Of a stretch of 64,000 bases of DNA, positions 17,437 to 26,396 are shown piece after piece; positions within the stretch are counted from its first letter, which is position 1; each line of letters starts with the position of its first letter. Under the pieces are notes generated by a model. It had not been told where the DNA came from and did no database searches. It saw only the letters and a list, made by a program, of their open reading frames with translations. Both the position numbers and the translations under genes were made by a program. The DNA comes from an uncultured Gammaproteobacteria bacterium (lineage in GTDB: Bacteria; Patescibacteriota; Patescibacteriia; Magasanikbacterales; UBA922): the NCBI GenBank assembly GCA_964344965.1, contig CAYFPJ010000006.1, positions 568 to 64,567 of the forward strand, given 5' to 3'.

Positions 17437-19695
17437 TTAGAATTGATTTGTTGCCCAAATAGATAGGGCACGAGGCTCTTCAAATCTATATGGATGGTCT
17501 GGATTACCCATAGTTATAATAACAAATTTCTTCTTGTCTGTCTTCCTTTCTATCAGCATGACAAGATTGTCTCCAGCTTCGTAGATATATCCAGTTTTGC
17601 TGGCAATTATGGAAAAAGGTAGTCCTAATTCTTTTACGAGATCATTGCTGTGGTCATCCTGGTGCTTAGGGGAATCATTTTTATCAACTAATTCTTCGTA
17701 TTCATAAGATTTTTTGCCAAGGTAGTTTTTCACATCATTATTTTTGACGGCTTTTTGGAAAATAGTAAGATATTCTCTTGCCGTTGTCTCATTTGGTACA
17801 CCACCTCCATAAACATCTACAAACTTGGTGTTTTCCAATCCCCAATCTTTGGCTTGCTTATTCATGCCAGCTATAAAATCATCTTCATTGGTAGCTCCTT
17901 TGACTAGCATTCTAGATTGGGTGTTTAGTGAAGAGACCAGCATGGCGTCCAGCAAATTACTGTTTAGTATCTTCTCACCTTCTGTAATGTTATAAAAGTG
18001 AAAGTCAGGAGGAGTCTTGTGTTCTGCAGCCACATAGGTGACCGAGGCATTTTTATTCAGCCCTTCCTTGAATAATCTATAAGCAGTCATAACTTTGGCA
18101 AATGAGGCTGTCGGTCTTACTGTATCTATATTTTTACCAGCCAATATTTCTCCTGTAGTATAGTCTGCTACCAAATAAGTATCTACATCTGTATCAAATT
18201 CTGTACCTATGACTTCTTTCTTATCTTCAGGAGTTCTGACCATTAGATCTACAACACTTGGTTCTTCTTTGGGTGAAGTATAATCAGAGGTGGGGGTAGT
18301 GGTATCTGTAGTAGTTTCCTCTTTTTCTGAACGAAGATAGATTGGCTCACCAATCTCTATGGTTGTACCACTAAATTGGTTGATCCAAATAATATTACCC
18401 CAATCAAATCCTAATCCATTGAATACAGCTTCAGAAGCTATGTGTCTTTTTTTACCTTTTTCCATGACATATATTTTACTGCTTCCTTCTGTCCCAAATA
18501 TTGTCCCATCTTTTAGTATTACAGTAGGTCCTGATTCATAATTTTTTAGATCAGAAGCCTGGCCACTTTCTATGGTAAGATGGGAGAAGTTTATCTTTGC
18601 AATTGTTTCATCGTATATTGGTTGGTACTGATTATCATTTAGATAATATATTGTGTTGTTTTCTGCTACCTTGAGCAACCTTCCCAATGGACCATCTCCA
18701 GTATTGGTATTGATAGCATTGCCTGTAGAATAATTTTCTAGGTCATCACTACTCACCTCCAAAATTTCATCTGGATGGTAACCGAGCTTCTGGACAACTT
18801 CGTAGTCAGCAAAAGGTCTTTTGGAATCAAAATCTAATAAGTAGTATTTACTACCATTTTTTACAACTGAGTAATTTGGTAGAGAAATCTTGTTAGCATC
18901 TTTATAGCGAGTTAGCTCAGATTTTGGGACAGTCAATATGAGGTCTGGATCGTAACGTGTAATAAGGGCTGTCATACTTGTAAATGGACGCTTCTTACCA
19001 TCTTGAATCAAGTAGACAGTAGATTCACCGCTAGCTCGAATCAGCGAACCGTCCGGATACACTTGTTCAAACCACATCTGCCAAAGTTTCCAAAAATTTT
19101 CATTACCTTGCAGGTGTGGTGTGTAAGTGTAGAGAAATGCTGTGGCGTTATTAGCTGGAGTAACCTTTGTATTATCAATTGTATATGTATTACCAGCTGT
19201 CTTGATCCATGATTTTTGATTGACATTTTCATAATACCAGCGGATGATACCAGCAGCACTGTCGATTTGCTTACCAATTCCTTTGTGCTTGGCAATACTG
19301 GGATCATCGAGAGGTACGCCATCACTAGCTCCGTACCCTGTAGCCCAGTCTAGTTGCTTTTGGGTTGGGTCTTTTTCGGTCACGAGACTTTGTTCTTTTT
19401 GCAGTTTTACTAACAAATATTTGGGATTAATCTTATGTTCTTTGCTAGCTCGATAGATGATATCTGATATTTTTCTTCTTTTTTCGTGGACATCATTTGC
19501 TCGCATGGATTGCAGATAACCACCTTTTTCTTCCAGGAAAGCTTGAATATCAGAGCGATTCATCGATTGCCAGGCTTGCATCTCTTCATCACTGATTAGA
19601 TAATTGGGATCGAAATTACTAAGATCAGCTGCTATGGAGAGAGTTGGGGAGAGAATCATTGATAGGATGGTAATTGTACTTATTATTTTTTTCAT
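17437..19695 (-). CDS. secreted D-alanyl-D-alanine carboxypeptidase (S11, low-MW PBP) with a large N-terminal domain of unknown function
   Basis: Signal peptide MKKIISTITILSMILSPTLSIAA. The C-terminal roughly 280 aa carry SxxK (SFAK), SxN (SSLN) and KTG (KTGY) motifs. The N-terminal roughly 450 aa have no recognised motif. Confidence 0.75.
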   Translation of the reverse strand: MKKIISTITILSMILSPTLSIAADLSNFDPNYLISDEEMQAWQSMNRSDIQAFLEEKGGYLQSMRANDVHEKRRKISDIIYRASKEHKINPKYLLVKLQKEQSLVTEKDPTQKQLDWATGYGASDGVPLDDPSIAKHKGIGKQIDSAAGIIRWYYENVNQKSWIKTAGNTYTIDNTKVTPANNATAFLYTYTPHLQGNENFWKLWQMWFEQVYPDGSLIRASGESTVYLIQDGKKRPFTSMTALITRYDPDLILTVPKSELTRYKDANKISLPNYSVVKNGSKYYLLDFDSKRPFADYEVVQKLGYHPDEILEVSSDDLENYSTGNAINTNTGDGPLGRLLKVAENNTIYYLNDNQYQPIYDETIAKINFSHLTIESGQASDLKNYESGPTVILKDGTIFGTEGSSKIYVMEKGKKRHIASEAVFNGLGFDWGNIIWINQFSGTTIEIGEPIYLRSEKEETTTDTTTPTSDYTSPKEEPSVVDLMVRTPEDKKEVIGTEFDTDVDTYLVADYTTGEILAGKNIDTVRPTASFAKVMTAYRLFKEGLNKNASVTYVAAEHKTPPDFHFYNITEGEKILNSNLLDAMLVSSLNTQSRMLVKGATNEDDFIAGMNKQAKDWGLENTKFVDVYGGGVPNETTAREYLTIFQKAVKNNDVKNYLGKKSYEYEELVDKNDSPKHQDDHSNDLVKELGLPFSIIASKTGYIYEAGDNLVMLIERKTDKKKFVIITMGNPDHPYRFEEPRALSIWATNQF

Positions 19696-19726
19696 AAATA
19701 TTGGAATCTTTGACAGATATTTTTTT

Positions 19727-19802
19727 AAGGATTAGAGTTCTCGGCGAAAGTCCAATAAGTGCCCACCCAGCTTTCGCCTGGAATCCTTTTTTGTATTATG
19801 AT
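19727..19802. repeat. Dispersed hairpin repeat, family GGATT...CGGCGAAAG...CTTTCGCC..GGAATCC-Tn (copy B)
   Basis: AAGGATTAGAGTTCTCGGCGAAAG...CAGCTTTCGCCTGGAATCCTTTTTT. It is closely related to 23636-23695. Confidence 0.6.
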
Positions 19803-19891
19803 TATCTAGCAAGTATAACATATTTTGCTATATAATAAAAATATGAATTCAACTTGCTTTTTCTCTTATTTTTGGCTAAAATATAAGCGAT

Positions 19892-20638
19892 ATGGAAAAA
19901 GGAATACTTTACATAGTAGCCACACCGATTGGCAATCTTGGTGATATTACAATGCGGGCTCTAGAAATTTTGAAGTCTGTAGATATTATCTTGTGTGAAG
20001 ACACTAGAGTCACTAAGAAATTACTTAGCCATTTCGAGATAAGCACACCAACCATGAGCTATCATCAGCATAGTGATGAGGGGAAAGTCGATAAGATTGA
20101 GGAATTATTGCTAGATGGAAAAAATTTGGCTTTGGTGACAGATGCTGGTACGCCAGGGATTAGTGATCCGGGGAATAGGCTTGTCCAACACGTCATCTCG
20201 ACCGATCCCGGCAGTCAGTCGGGAGAGTGGAGAGATCTCGATAAATCACGAGATTCCTCGACTTCGCTGCGCTCCGCCCGGAATGACGTAAAAATTATTC
20301 CAATCCCTGGACCTTCGGCAGTGGTCGCAGCTTTGAGTGTCTCTGGTTTTCCTACTGACAAGTTTGTCTTCATGGGATTTCCCCCGCACAAGAAGGGGAG
20401 AGAGAAGTTTTTTCAAGAAATGGCAGGTGTGAAGTACACAGTTGCTTTTTATGAGTCGTGTCATCGGATCAAGAAATGTTTGAGGCAATTGGCAGAAGTT
20501 TTGGGTGAAGATAGGCAAGTTTGTATTTGTAGAGAATTAACGAAGAAGTTTGAAACGATTTACAGAGGAACTATTGGCGAAATTATGGAGATGGATATTA
20601 AAGAAAAGGGGGAGTTTGTGGTTCTGGTGTCCAGGTAA
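19892..20638 (+). CDS. rsmI: 16S rRNA (cytidine1402-2'-O)-methyltransferase RsmI, carrying an in-frame insertion of roughly 30 aa encoded by a MITE copy
   Basis: ILYIVATPIGNLGDIT...EDTR...DAGTPGISDPG...IPIPGPSA tetrapyrrole-methylase-fold motifs. The segment VISTDPGSQSGEWRDLDKSRDSSTSLRSARNDV (20190-20290) is absent from typical RsmI and equals the repeat family found at 11926 and 39467. Confidence 0.85.
   Translation: MEKGILYIVATPIGNLGDITMRALEILKSVDIILCEDTRVTKKLLSHFEISTPTMSYHQHSDEGKVDKIEELLLDGKNLALVTDAGTPGISDPGNRLVQHVISTDPGSQSGEWRDLDKSRDSSTSLRSARNDVKIIPIPGPSAVVAALSVSGFPTDKFVFMGFPPHKKGREKFFQEMAGVKYTVAFYESCHRIKKCLRQLAEVLGEDRQVCICRELTKKFETIYRGTIGEIMEMDIKEKGEFVVLVSR
20190..20290. repeat. MITE-like palindromic element, copy 2, inside the rsmI reading frame
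   Basis: ACGTCATCTCGACCG...GGGAGAGTGGAGAGATCTCG...CCCGGAATGACGTA. It is GC-rich relative to the gene. Confidence 0.8.
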
Positions 20639-21094
20639 ATTATATTGTGATAATTCATGGCGAGGTTTTGTTCCTTTATTTTTTAAGACCAATTGAATAA
20701 CTTAATACTATGTCAAAAGAAGTACCGTCTCAAGTTTCAAAGTCTGATATCATTGACAGTTCAGAATTAGAAAACTTGAGGAGAGGTGTGTCTAAAGTGA
20801 TGATAGAAGACTACAAAGCTGGTGTAATAAAAAGAATTGTAAATAAATATATTAAAAAAGAAGAAAGGATGATTTTTTTTATTAATAATAAATAAGGTCG
20901 TGGGTGTTTATTAGGAAAACAAGGTTTAAGAATAAAGGATGGAGTAGAAAATATAGAAATAAAGATTGATTCTAGGTTCTGGTTTTGGTGATAAAAAGTG
21001 ATAAGAAGAAAAAAAATAAATAAAACAATTTTTAGAGAATTTGGAGTAAATATTAGTTTAAAGACCTCCCGCAGAGTGGTTAAAAATAGAGATT

Positions 21095-22114
21095 ATGCCT
21101 GAAAATAGAGTAAAAAAAAATGCAAATAGAATACCAAGTAAAGAAGAAAGCACTGAACATCTAAGACAGCGCTGTATAGAACAGGTTGCAGCTGATTATA
21201 GTTCCGGTTATATTTTCGTTGTGGTAAAAAATAAAACTTCTTTTAAGTTCGTAGATACTGATCATAGTGATATAGAAGATTATGTTCAGCAAGTGGTAGC
21301 TAGACTGTTGGCTGATATTCACAAGAAGGACAATGAAGAAATTTTGGAGAAATTTTTGTCATCAAGAGGGTATAGAGGAAAGGTTTACTCCAATGTTTTT
21401 GTGGATTTTTTGCGAAGTAGTAGATGGGAGAATATTTTAAGAAATAAGACAAGAAGTTTAGACACAACTTTGGATATAGAAGCACCAACATTAATTTCCA
21501 GACAAGAGACAAGGGATCTGATCACTGATTTGGAAAAAATTACTGACAGAATAAGTGATAGGGAAGACGCTGAAAAATTGAAAGATATTTTTTTGTTCAT
21601 TTTTATGGCAGGACATAGTGCCAGCGATTTAGCCAAAGCCTACGAAGTCACCCCCACCTCTATTTGTTCTATGATTAAGAGACTGTTTGCCAAGTACAGA
21701 GACTTGTTTGCAGATCATGGAGTCAATCTTCCTGTCAGTATGACAGACATAGTAAACTTATTGAAAGAATATGAACAAGAAAATAGTGATATTTCTTCTG
21801 AAGAAAATAACAGAAAAAAATTTGAGTACTATATTGAAGTTCTAAATCAATTAAAAGGCAGCGTAGCTGATAGTGGTTTTCAGTATATTTCAAAAGAAGA
21901 AAAAGATAATTTGTTGGCTGTTTTAGAATATTATACAGCCAATAGCAAAGAAGAGAAATATCAGGTAGAGAAGAAACTTACTGATTTGATGGGAGGAAGA
22001 GGGGTGAGAGACAAAAAAATAACCCAATTGCGTATCGTAATTAACGATCTTTTGGGATTTGATCTACCTTGGAAATTTTTTACAGGTTATCGTGATCAAA
22101 TATTTTTTAGATGA
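21095..22114 (+). CDS. ECF-type sigma-factor-like protein with N- and C-terminal extensions
   Basis: Region-2-like VQQVVARLLADIHKK...FVDFLRSSRWENILRNKTRS and region-4-like HTH DAEKLKDIFLFIFMAGHSASDLAKAYEVTPTSICSMIKRLFAKYRD, followed by a roughly 120-aa extension. Confidence 0.45.
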   Translation: MPENRVKKNANRIPSKEESTEHLRQRCIEQVAADYSSGYIFVVVKNKTSFKFVDTDHSDIEDYVQQVVARLLADIHKKDNEEILEKFLSSRGYRGKVYSNVFVDFLRSSRWENILRNKTRSLDTTLDIEAPTLISRQETRDLITDLEKITDRISDREDAEKLKDIFLFIFMAGHSASDLAKAYEVTPTSICSMIKRLFAKYRDLFADHGVNLPVSMTDIVNLLKEYEQENSDISSEENNRKKFEYYIEVLNQLKGSVADSGFQYISKEEKDNLLAVLEYYTANSKEEKYQVEKKLTDLMGGRGVRDKKITQLRIVINDLLGFDLPWKFFTGYRDQIFFR

Positions 22115-22123
22115 TAAGTAAAT

Positions 22124-23635
22124 ATGAAAAAAACATTCTACATAACAACCACACTGCCATATGTAAATGCAGATCCACATATTGGTTTTGCATTAGAAAT
22201 TATCCAGGCTGATGCCATTGCCAGATATCACACCCTTCTCGGTGAAGAGGTTGTGTTCAATACAGGTACAGATGAGCATGGCCTCAAAATTTATCGTAAG
22301 GCAGAAGAGAGGGGGATCACACCACAAGCATATTGTGACGAGTATGCAGCTAAGTTTGATGCTCTCAAGGATGCCCTAAATTTGAGCTATACCAAGTTTG
22401 TCCGCACTACTGATAAGCATCATGTCGTGGCTGCTCAAGAATTTTGGAAACTGTGTGATGCTAGTGGGGATATTTACAAGAAAAATTATAAAATAAAATA
22501 CTGTGTGGGCTGCGAACTTGAAAAAACTGATTCAGAACTGGTAGACGACAAATGTCCAATTCATCCAACATATGAATTGGAGCAAATTGACGAAGAAAAT
22601 TATTTCTTTAGATTTTCTGCTTACCAAGATAAGCTCCTGGAGCTTTACAAAAGAGAGGATTTCATTATTCCAAAAAATCGATCCACAGAGATAGCCAATT
22701 TTGTCAAAAATGGTCTGCAGGATTTCAGTATTTCGAGACTGAAAGAAAAAATGCCTTGGGGTGTGTCAGTACCAGGGGATGATGAGCATGTGATGTACGT
22801 TTGGTTCGATGCTCTTGTGAATTATATATCCACTATTGGCTGGCCAGACAACAAACAAGAATTTGAGAAAAATTGGCCTGGAGTGCAGGTGGCAGGTAAA
22901 GATAATTTGCGTCAACAAAGTGCCATGTGGCAAGCTATGCTGCTTTCTGCTGGGCTTGATCCATCAAGGCAGATTTTCATCCACGGTTTCATCAGCTCTG
23001 AGGGGCAAAAAATGAGCAAAAGTATTGGAAATGTCGTGGCACCCTATGAAGTGGTAGAAAAGTATGGTACTGATGCTGTTAGGTTTTATTTACTGGGAGC
23101 TTTACCTAGTTATGATGACGGAGATTGGTCCAAGAAAAGATTTGAAGAATTTTATACAGCCCATCTTGCCAATGGAGTGGGGAATTTGACAAGTCGGATA
23201 CTGACGATGTTGGAGAAGTATTGTAATGGTGTGGTGTCAGAGATGAACAAGACAGCAGACAACAGGCAACAGACAGCAGATTTTTGGGGGCAGTATACTG
23301 AAGCATTGACAAAGTATAATTTTGAAGAGTCGGTCAGTCTTGTTAATGGATTAGTTGGGCAATTGGATGGAGTTATTTCAGAACAAAAACCATGGGAAAA
23401 GGCAAAAGCTGGTGAAGATATTTCTGGACTACTATATCAGCTTGCCGAAGGGTTGCGTCACCTTGGCTTAGCTTTATTGCCAATAATTCCAGAAACAGCT
23501 GAGAAAATTTTGTATAGCTTGGGAATTGATGTAGATAATTTGGAAGATTTGGAAGTGGAGAAAGAGTGGGGGAGGCTGGAGCCGGGAACAAAGATTAAAA
23601 AAGGTGATATGTTGTTTCCGAGATTAGAGGCATAA
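22124..23635 (+). CDS. metG: methionine--tRNA ligase
   Basis: Core MetRS motifs P-Y-V-N-A-D-P-H-I-G, KMSKS (KMSKSIGN) and the anticodon-binding domain. There is no C-terminal tRNA-binding extension. Confidence 0.92.
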   Translation: MKKTFYITTTLPYVNADPHIGFALEIIQADAIARYHTLLGEEVVFNTGTDEHGLKIYRKAEERGITPQAYCDEYAAKFDALKDALNLSYTKFVRTTDKHHVVAAQEFWKLCDASGDIYKKNYKIKYCVGCELEKTDSELVDDKCPIHPTYELEQIDEENYFFRFSAYQDKLLELYKREDFIIPKNRSTEIANFVKNGLQDFSISRLKEKMPWGVSVPGDDEHVMYVWFDALVNYISTIGWPDNKQEFEKNWPGVQVAGKDNLRQQSAMWQAMLLSAGLDPSRQIFIHGFISSEGQKMSKSIGNVVAPYEVVEKYGTDAVRFYLLGALPSYDDGDWSKKRFEEFYTAHLANGVGNLTSRILTMLEKYCNGVVSEMNKTADNRQQTADFWGQYTEALTKYNFEESVSLVNGLVGQLDGVISEQKPWEKAKAGEDISGLLYQLAEGLRHLGLALLPIIPETAEKILYSLGIDVDNLEDLEVEKEWGRLEPGTKIKKGDMLFPRLEA

Positions 23636-23695
23636 AAGGATTCCCGGCGAAAGCCGGGTTAGTGCTCACCCGGCTTTCGCCGGGAATCCTTTTTC
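23636..23695 (+). terminator. Hairpin repeat family B/C acting as the metG terminator
   Basis: GGATTCCCGGCGAAAGCCGGG...CCCGGCTTTCGCCGGGAATCC is a perfect roughly 20-bp IR, followed by TTTTTC. Confidence 0.8.
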
Positions 23696-23740
23696 TCTCT
23701 TTCATATTTGATAAAAAATTTAATCTTTAATTAAAACAAT

Positions 23741-24181
23741 ATGAACAAAAAACGAGCCCTTCTTTTTGGAATAATGGCTTGGGTTTTCACTTTTGTCATT
23801 ATCTCCATTTTGATCTTCACCCCTTGGGTAAAAGAAAGTGATTTGAGGGTACAGGTGATTTGGTGGATTTTGGAAATCCCTCTGGTATTATTGCTTGCCA
23901 AGTGGTATTTTAGGGAAGATCCACCAACCACCAAGAAAGGTTTTTTCTTGGGTCTTATTGGTCTTCTGACTGGTGTCGTATTGGACCTAATTATCACCAT
24001 ACCATTATTCATCTCCCAACAAAGCGACAAACCTTTTGCCGATTTTTATGGAGATTGGAAGATGTGGGTTGGATTTGGAATCTTTGTGCTGCTGACTACT
24101 TATGCTGGATATGAGTTTGATGCTACTTATACAAAGGCCCCAGAAAGTACTCAAGAAGTAAATAAATCTGAAAAAAGTTAA
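23741..24181 (+). CDS. small polytopic membrane protein
   Basis: 146 aa with 4 predicted TM helices. It is immediately upstream of, and abuts, the SPFH gene. Confidence 0.5.
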   Translation: MNKKRALLFGIMAWVFTFVIISILIFTPWVKESDLRVQVIWWILEIPLVLLLAKWYFREDPPTTKKGFFLGLIGLLTGVVLDLIITIPLFISQQSDKPFADFYGDWKMWVGFGIFVLLTTYAGYEFDATYTKAPESTQEVNKSEKS

Positions 24182-24182
24182 T

Positions 24183-25244
24183 ATGGATTTGGCAGAATTA
24201 TTTAAAAAGTATCCATTTGCATCTTATGGAGTTTTGGCTATCTTGTTTGGACTTGTTGCCAAGTCTCCATTTTTCGTGTTTATTGGGTTATATTTGTTGG
24301 TACTGTTTGCTGATAAAAGAAAAAAACTTGGAAATAGTAGTAATATAAAAAATATTTTTAAAGATTTTAATTTTAATGTTCCAAATAAAAAGACTATGGA
24401 AACAATCAATCCGAAGAAATTTCGTAAAGGAGGATGGTGGGCTGGAGTGACAATCTTGATCTTAATTTTTGCCCTATTCGGAAGTAGCTTCTGGGTGGTA
24501 GTAGGAGCTGGTGAGACTGGCGTGCAGTCACTCTTCGGTAAGGTTCGTGATCAGGAGCTTCATTCTGGTTTTCATCTCAAAAATCCTTTTGTGAAGATCA
24601 CCAAGATGAGTATCCGGACCCAAGATTATACAATGAGTATTACCCAAGGGGAGGGTAAGAAGTATGGTTCAGATGTCATCACAGCTCTTACCAAAGAAGG
24701 TTTGAGTGTGGATCTTGATATCACGGTTCTTTATCACCTGCTAGAGGACAAGGCCTCTGACGTTTATCGAGATGTTGGCCTTGGTTATGATGAAGTGGTT
24801 ATTCGTCCTCAGATCAGAAGCGTGATCAGAGAGGTGATTGCTCAGTATGAAGCAAAAGACATCTACTCCGAAAAAAGACAGGAGGCAGCGGCTCAAATTT
24901 TTGAGATTCTGAAACAAAAACTTGACCCCCGTGGAATAGAGATAGAGGACGTGCTACTTCGCCATGTCGAGTTGCCGCCAAATTTGGCCAACAGTATTCA
25001 GGAAAAATTACAAGCAGAGCAGGATGCAGAGAGGTATGACTTTTTGCTCCAAAAAGAAAGTAAAGAAGCGGAGAGAAAAAGACTTGAAGCAGAAGGGCAA
25101 CGCGATGCTCAGAAGATCATCAATGAAAGCTTAACTCCACGTTATCTAGAATATCTGTATATTCAAAGTCTTGAGAATCGTGAAGGGACCATCTATGTCC
25201 CAACCAGCCCAAGCAATGGTACTCCATTGTTCCGAGGGATCTAA
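24183..25244 (+). CDS. SPFH / band-7 (prohibitin/HflK-C-like) membrane protein
   Basis: Two N-terminal TM segments, then an SPFH core (GETGVQSLFGKV...LTKEGLSVDLDITVLY...) and a coiled-coil tail (EKLQAEQDAERYDFLLQKESKEAERKRLEAEG). Confidence 0.8.
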   Translation: MDLAELFKKYPFASYGVLAILFGLVAKSPFFVFIGLYLLVLFADKRKKLGNSSNIKNIFKDFNFNVPNKKTMETINPKKFRKGGWWAGVTILILIFALFGSSFWVVVGAGETGVQSLFGKVRDQELHSGFHLKNPFVKITKMSIRTQDYTMSITQGEGKKYGSDVITALTKEGLSVDLDITVLYHLLEDKASDVYRDVGLGYDEVVIRPQIRSVIREVIAQYEAKDIYSEKRQEAAAQIFEILKQKLDPRGIEIEDVLLRHVELPPNLANSIQEKLQAEQDAERYDFLLQKESKEAERKRLEAEGQRDAQKIINESLTPRYLEYLYIQSLENREGTIYVPTSPSNGTPLFRGI

Positions 25245-25259
25245 TCTTAATCAACTTAT

Positions 25260-25794
25260 ATGTCAAGTAGAAAGCCAGGTGGTCCACCATCAGGTGACCC
25301 AACAGAACCAAACCGTGCGTTAGCGACAGAATTCACTACTGATGAAATTCATGCAGCTGGTAAAAATGCTGGTTATGAGCCAAAGACTGCAACTCCGATT
25401 CCTGAAGAGCCACCATCTCTCCCTGGTGCAGAAAGAACCGGAATACCAACTTACTCCAGAGCAAATTGAAGATTTGAGAAATGCACCTCCACCACCGACA
25501 CAGCCTAGTAGGGAGAGTTATAAGAAAATGGTGGCTGATGCTCGCAGTAGGGTAAAAGCTGTGCCAGAAAAGCCAGGTTCAAAAGTTGTGCAGCCCACAG
25601 AAGCATATCTTCCAGGGTCAGGATCCCCTGCCTACCATGATGCTGATGCTGGGGAATTAGGAAGACAAGTGAGAGAAGCTTTGGGTACGCTTAAAGATGC
25701 CCAAGAGGCTCCAACAGAGGAAATATCTGCAGTACAACCTGAAGAAAAAAAGAGCTGGTGGAATAGAGCTTGGAAAAAATTGTCTGGCAAGTAG
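25260..25794 (+). CDS. hypothetical proline-rich, probably disordered protein with an apparent frameshift (frames 25260..25469 and 25342..25794)
   Basis: The first frame ends ...PSLPGAERTGIPTYSRAN*. The +1 frame continues PEYQLTPEQIEDLRNAPPPPTQPS.... The segment before the junction in the second frame (MKFMQLVKMLVMSQRLQL...) looks like out-of-frame read-through. Confidence 0.3.
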
Positions 25795-25934
25795 GTTTTT
25801 GAAGCTAAAATATTGACAAAAATATCCCAAAATGCTATACTTTTGGCGCAATTATTATCAATTGTTTACCTTGCTTTATTCTTAAGTTTCGCAAGATAAA
25901 TTAAAGGTCGGTTAAGTTATACAGCTAATGCTAT

Positions 25935-26243
25935 GTGAGCATCAATGTTGTAAAAAGTAGAAAAATTATGAATTATCAATCAGATCGCCAGATGTTTGAT
26001 GTAGACGTAGATTGTGGAGAATGTGGTACTAAGATCACCCAACTTCCTTTCCAACCATCTGGAGACCGACCTGTATTTTGTTCAAACTGTCTTCGCGCTC
26101 GTAGAAGTGAGAGAAGAGAAAGACGTATGTTTGACGTAGATGTAGATTGTGCTGAATGTGGTATCAAGATCACTCAGCTTCCTTTCGAACCATCAGGTGA
26201 CCGTCCAATTTATTGTTTTGATTGCAATAAGAATCGCAGATAA
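25935..26243 (+). CDS. tandem double zinc-ribbon protein (internal 41-aa duplication, CxxC-x17-CxxC twice)
   Basis: MFDVDVDCGECGTKITQLPFQPSGDRPVFCSNC is followed by MFDVDVDCAECGIKITQLPFEPSGDRPIYCFDC. The probable start is MNYQSD at 25968. Confidence 0.5.
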   Translation: MSINVVKSRKIMNYQSDRQMFDVDVDCGECGTKITQLPFQPSGDRPVFCSNCLRARRSERRERRMFDVDVDCAECGIKITQLPFEPSGDRPIYCFDCNKNRR

Positions 26244-26259
26244 ATTTATCTGAAATTTC

Positions 26260-26286
26260 AAAACCCCGACTAGTTCGGGGTTTTTT
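26260..26286 (+). terminator. Rho-independent terminator
   Basis: CCCCGA-CTAG-TTCGGGG followed by TTTTTTG. Confidence 0.75.
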
Positions 26287-26296
26287 GTGTGTAAAA

Positions 26297-26390
26297 TTAG
26301 GAAATAGAACGCGGATTTAACGGATTGGACGGATCAAAACAGATCCATTCAAATCTATTTAATCCGTGTCATCTGTGTTCTATTTCCTAA
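26297..26390. repeat. MITE-like element, family 2, copy 1 (TIR TTAGGAAATAGAAC / GTTCTATTTCCTAA)
   Basis: 14-bp perfect terminal inverted repeats around an interior carrying ATCCATT...AATCCGTGT. A second copy is at 47832-47936. Confidence 0.7.
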
Positions 26391-26396
26391 AATAAT

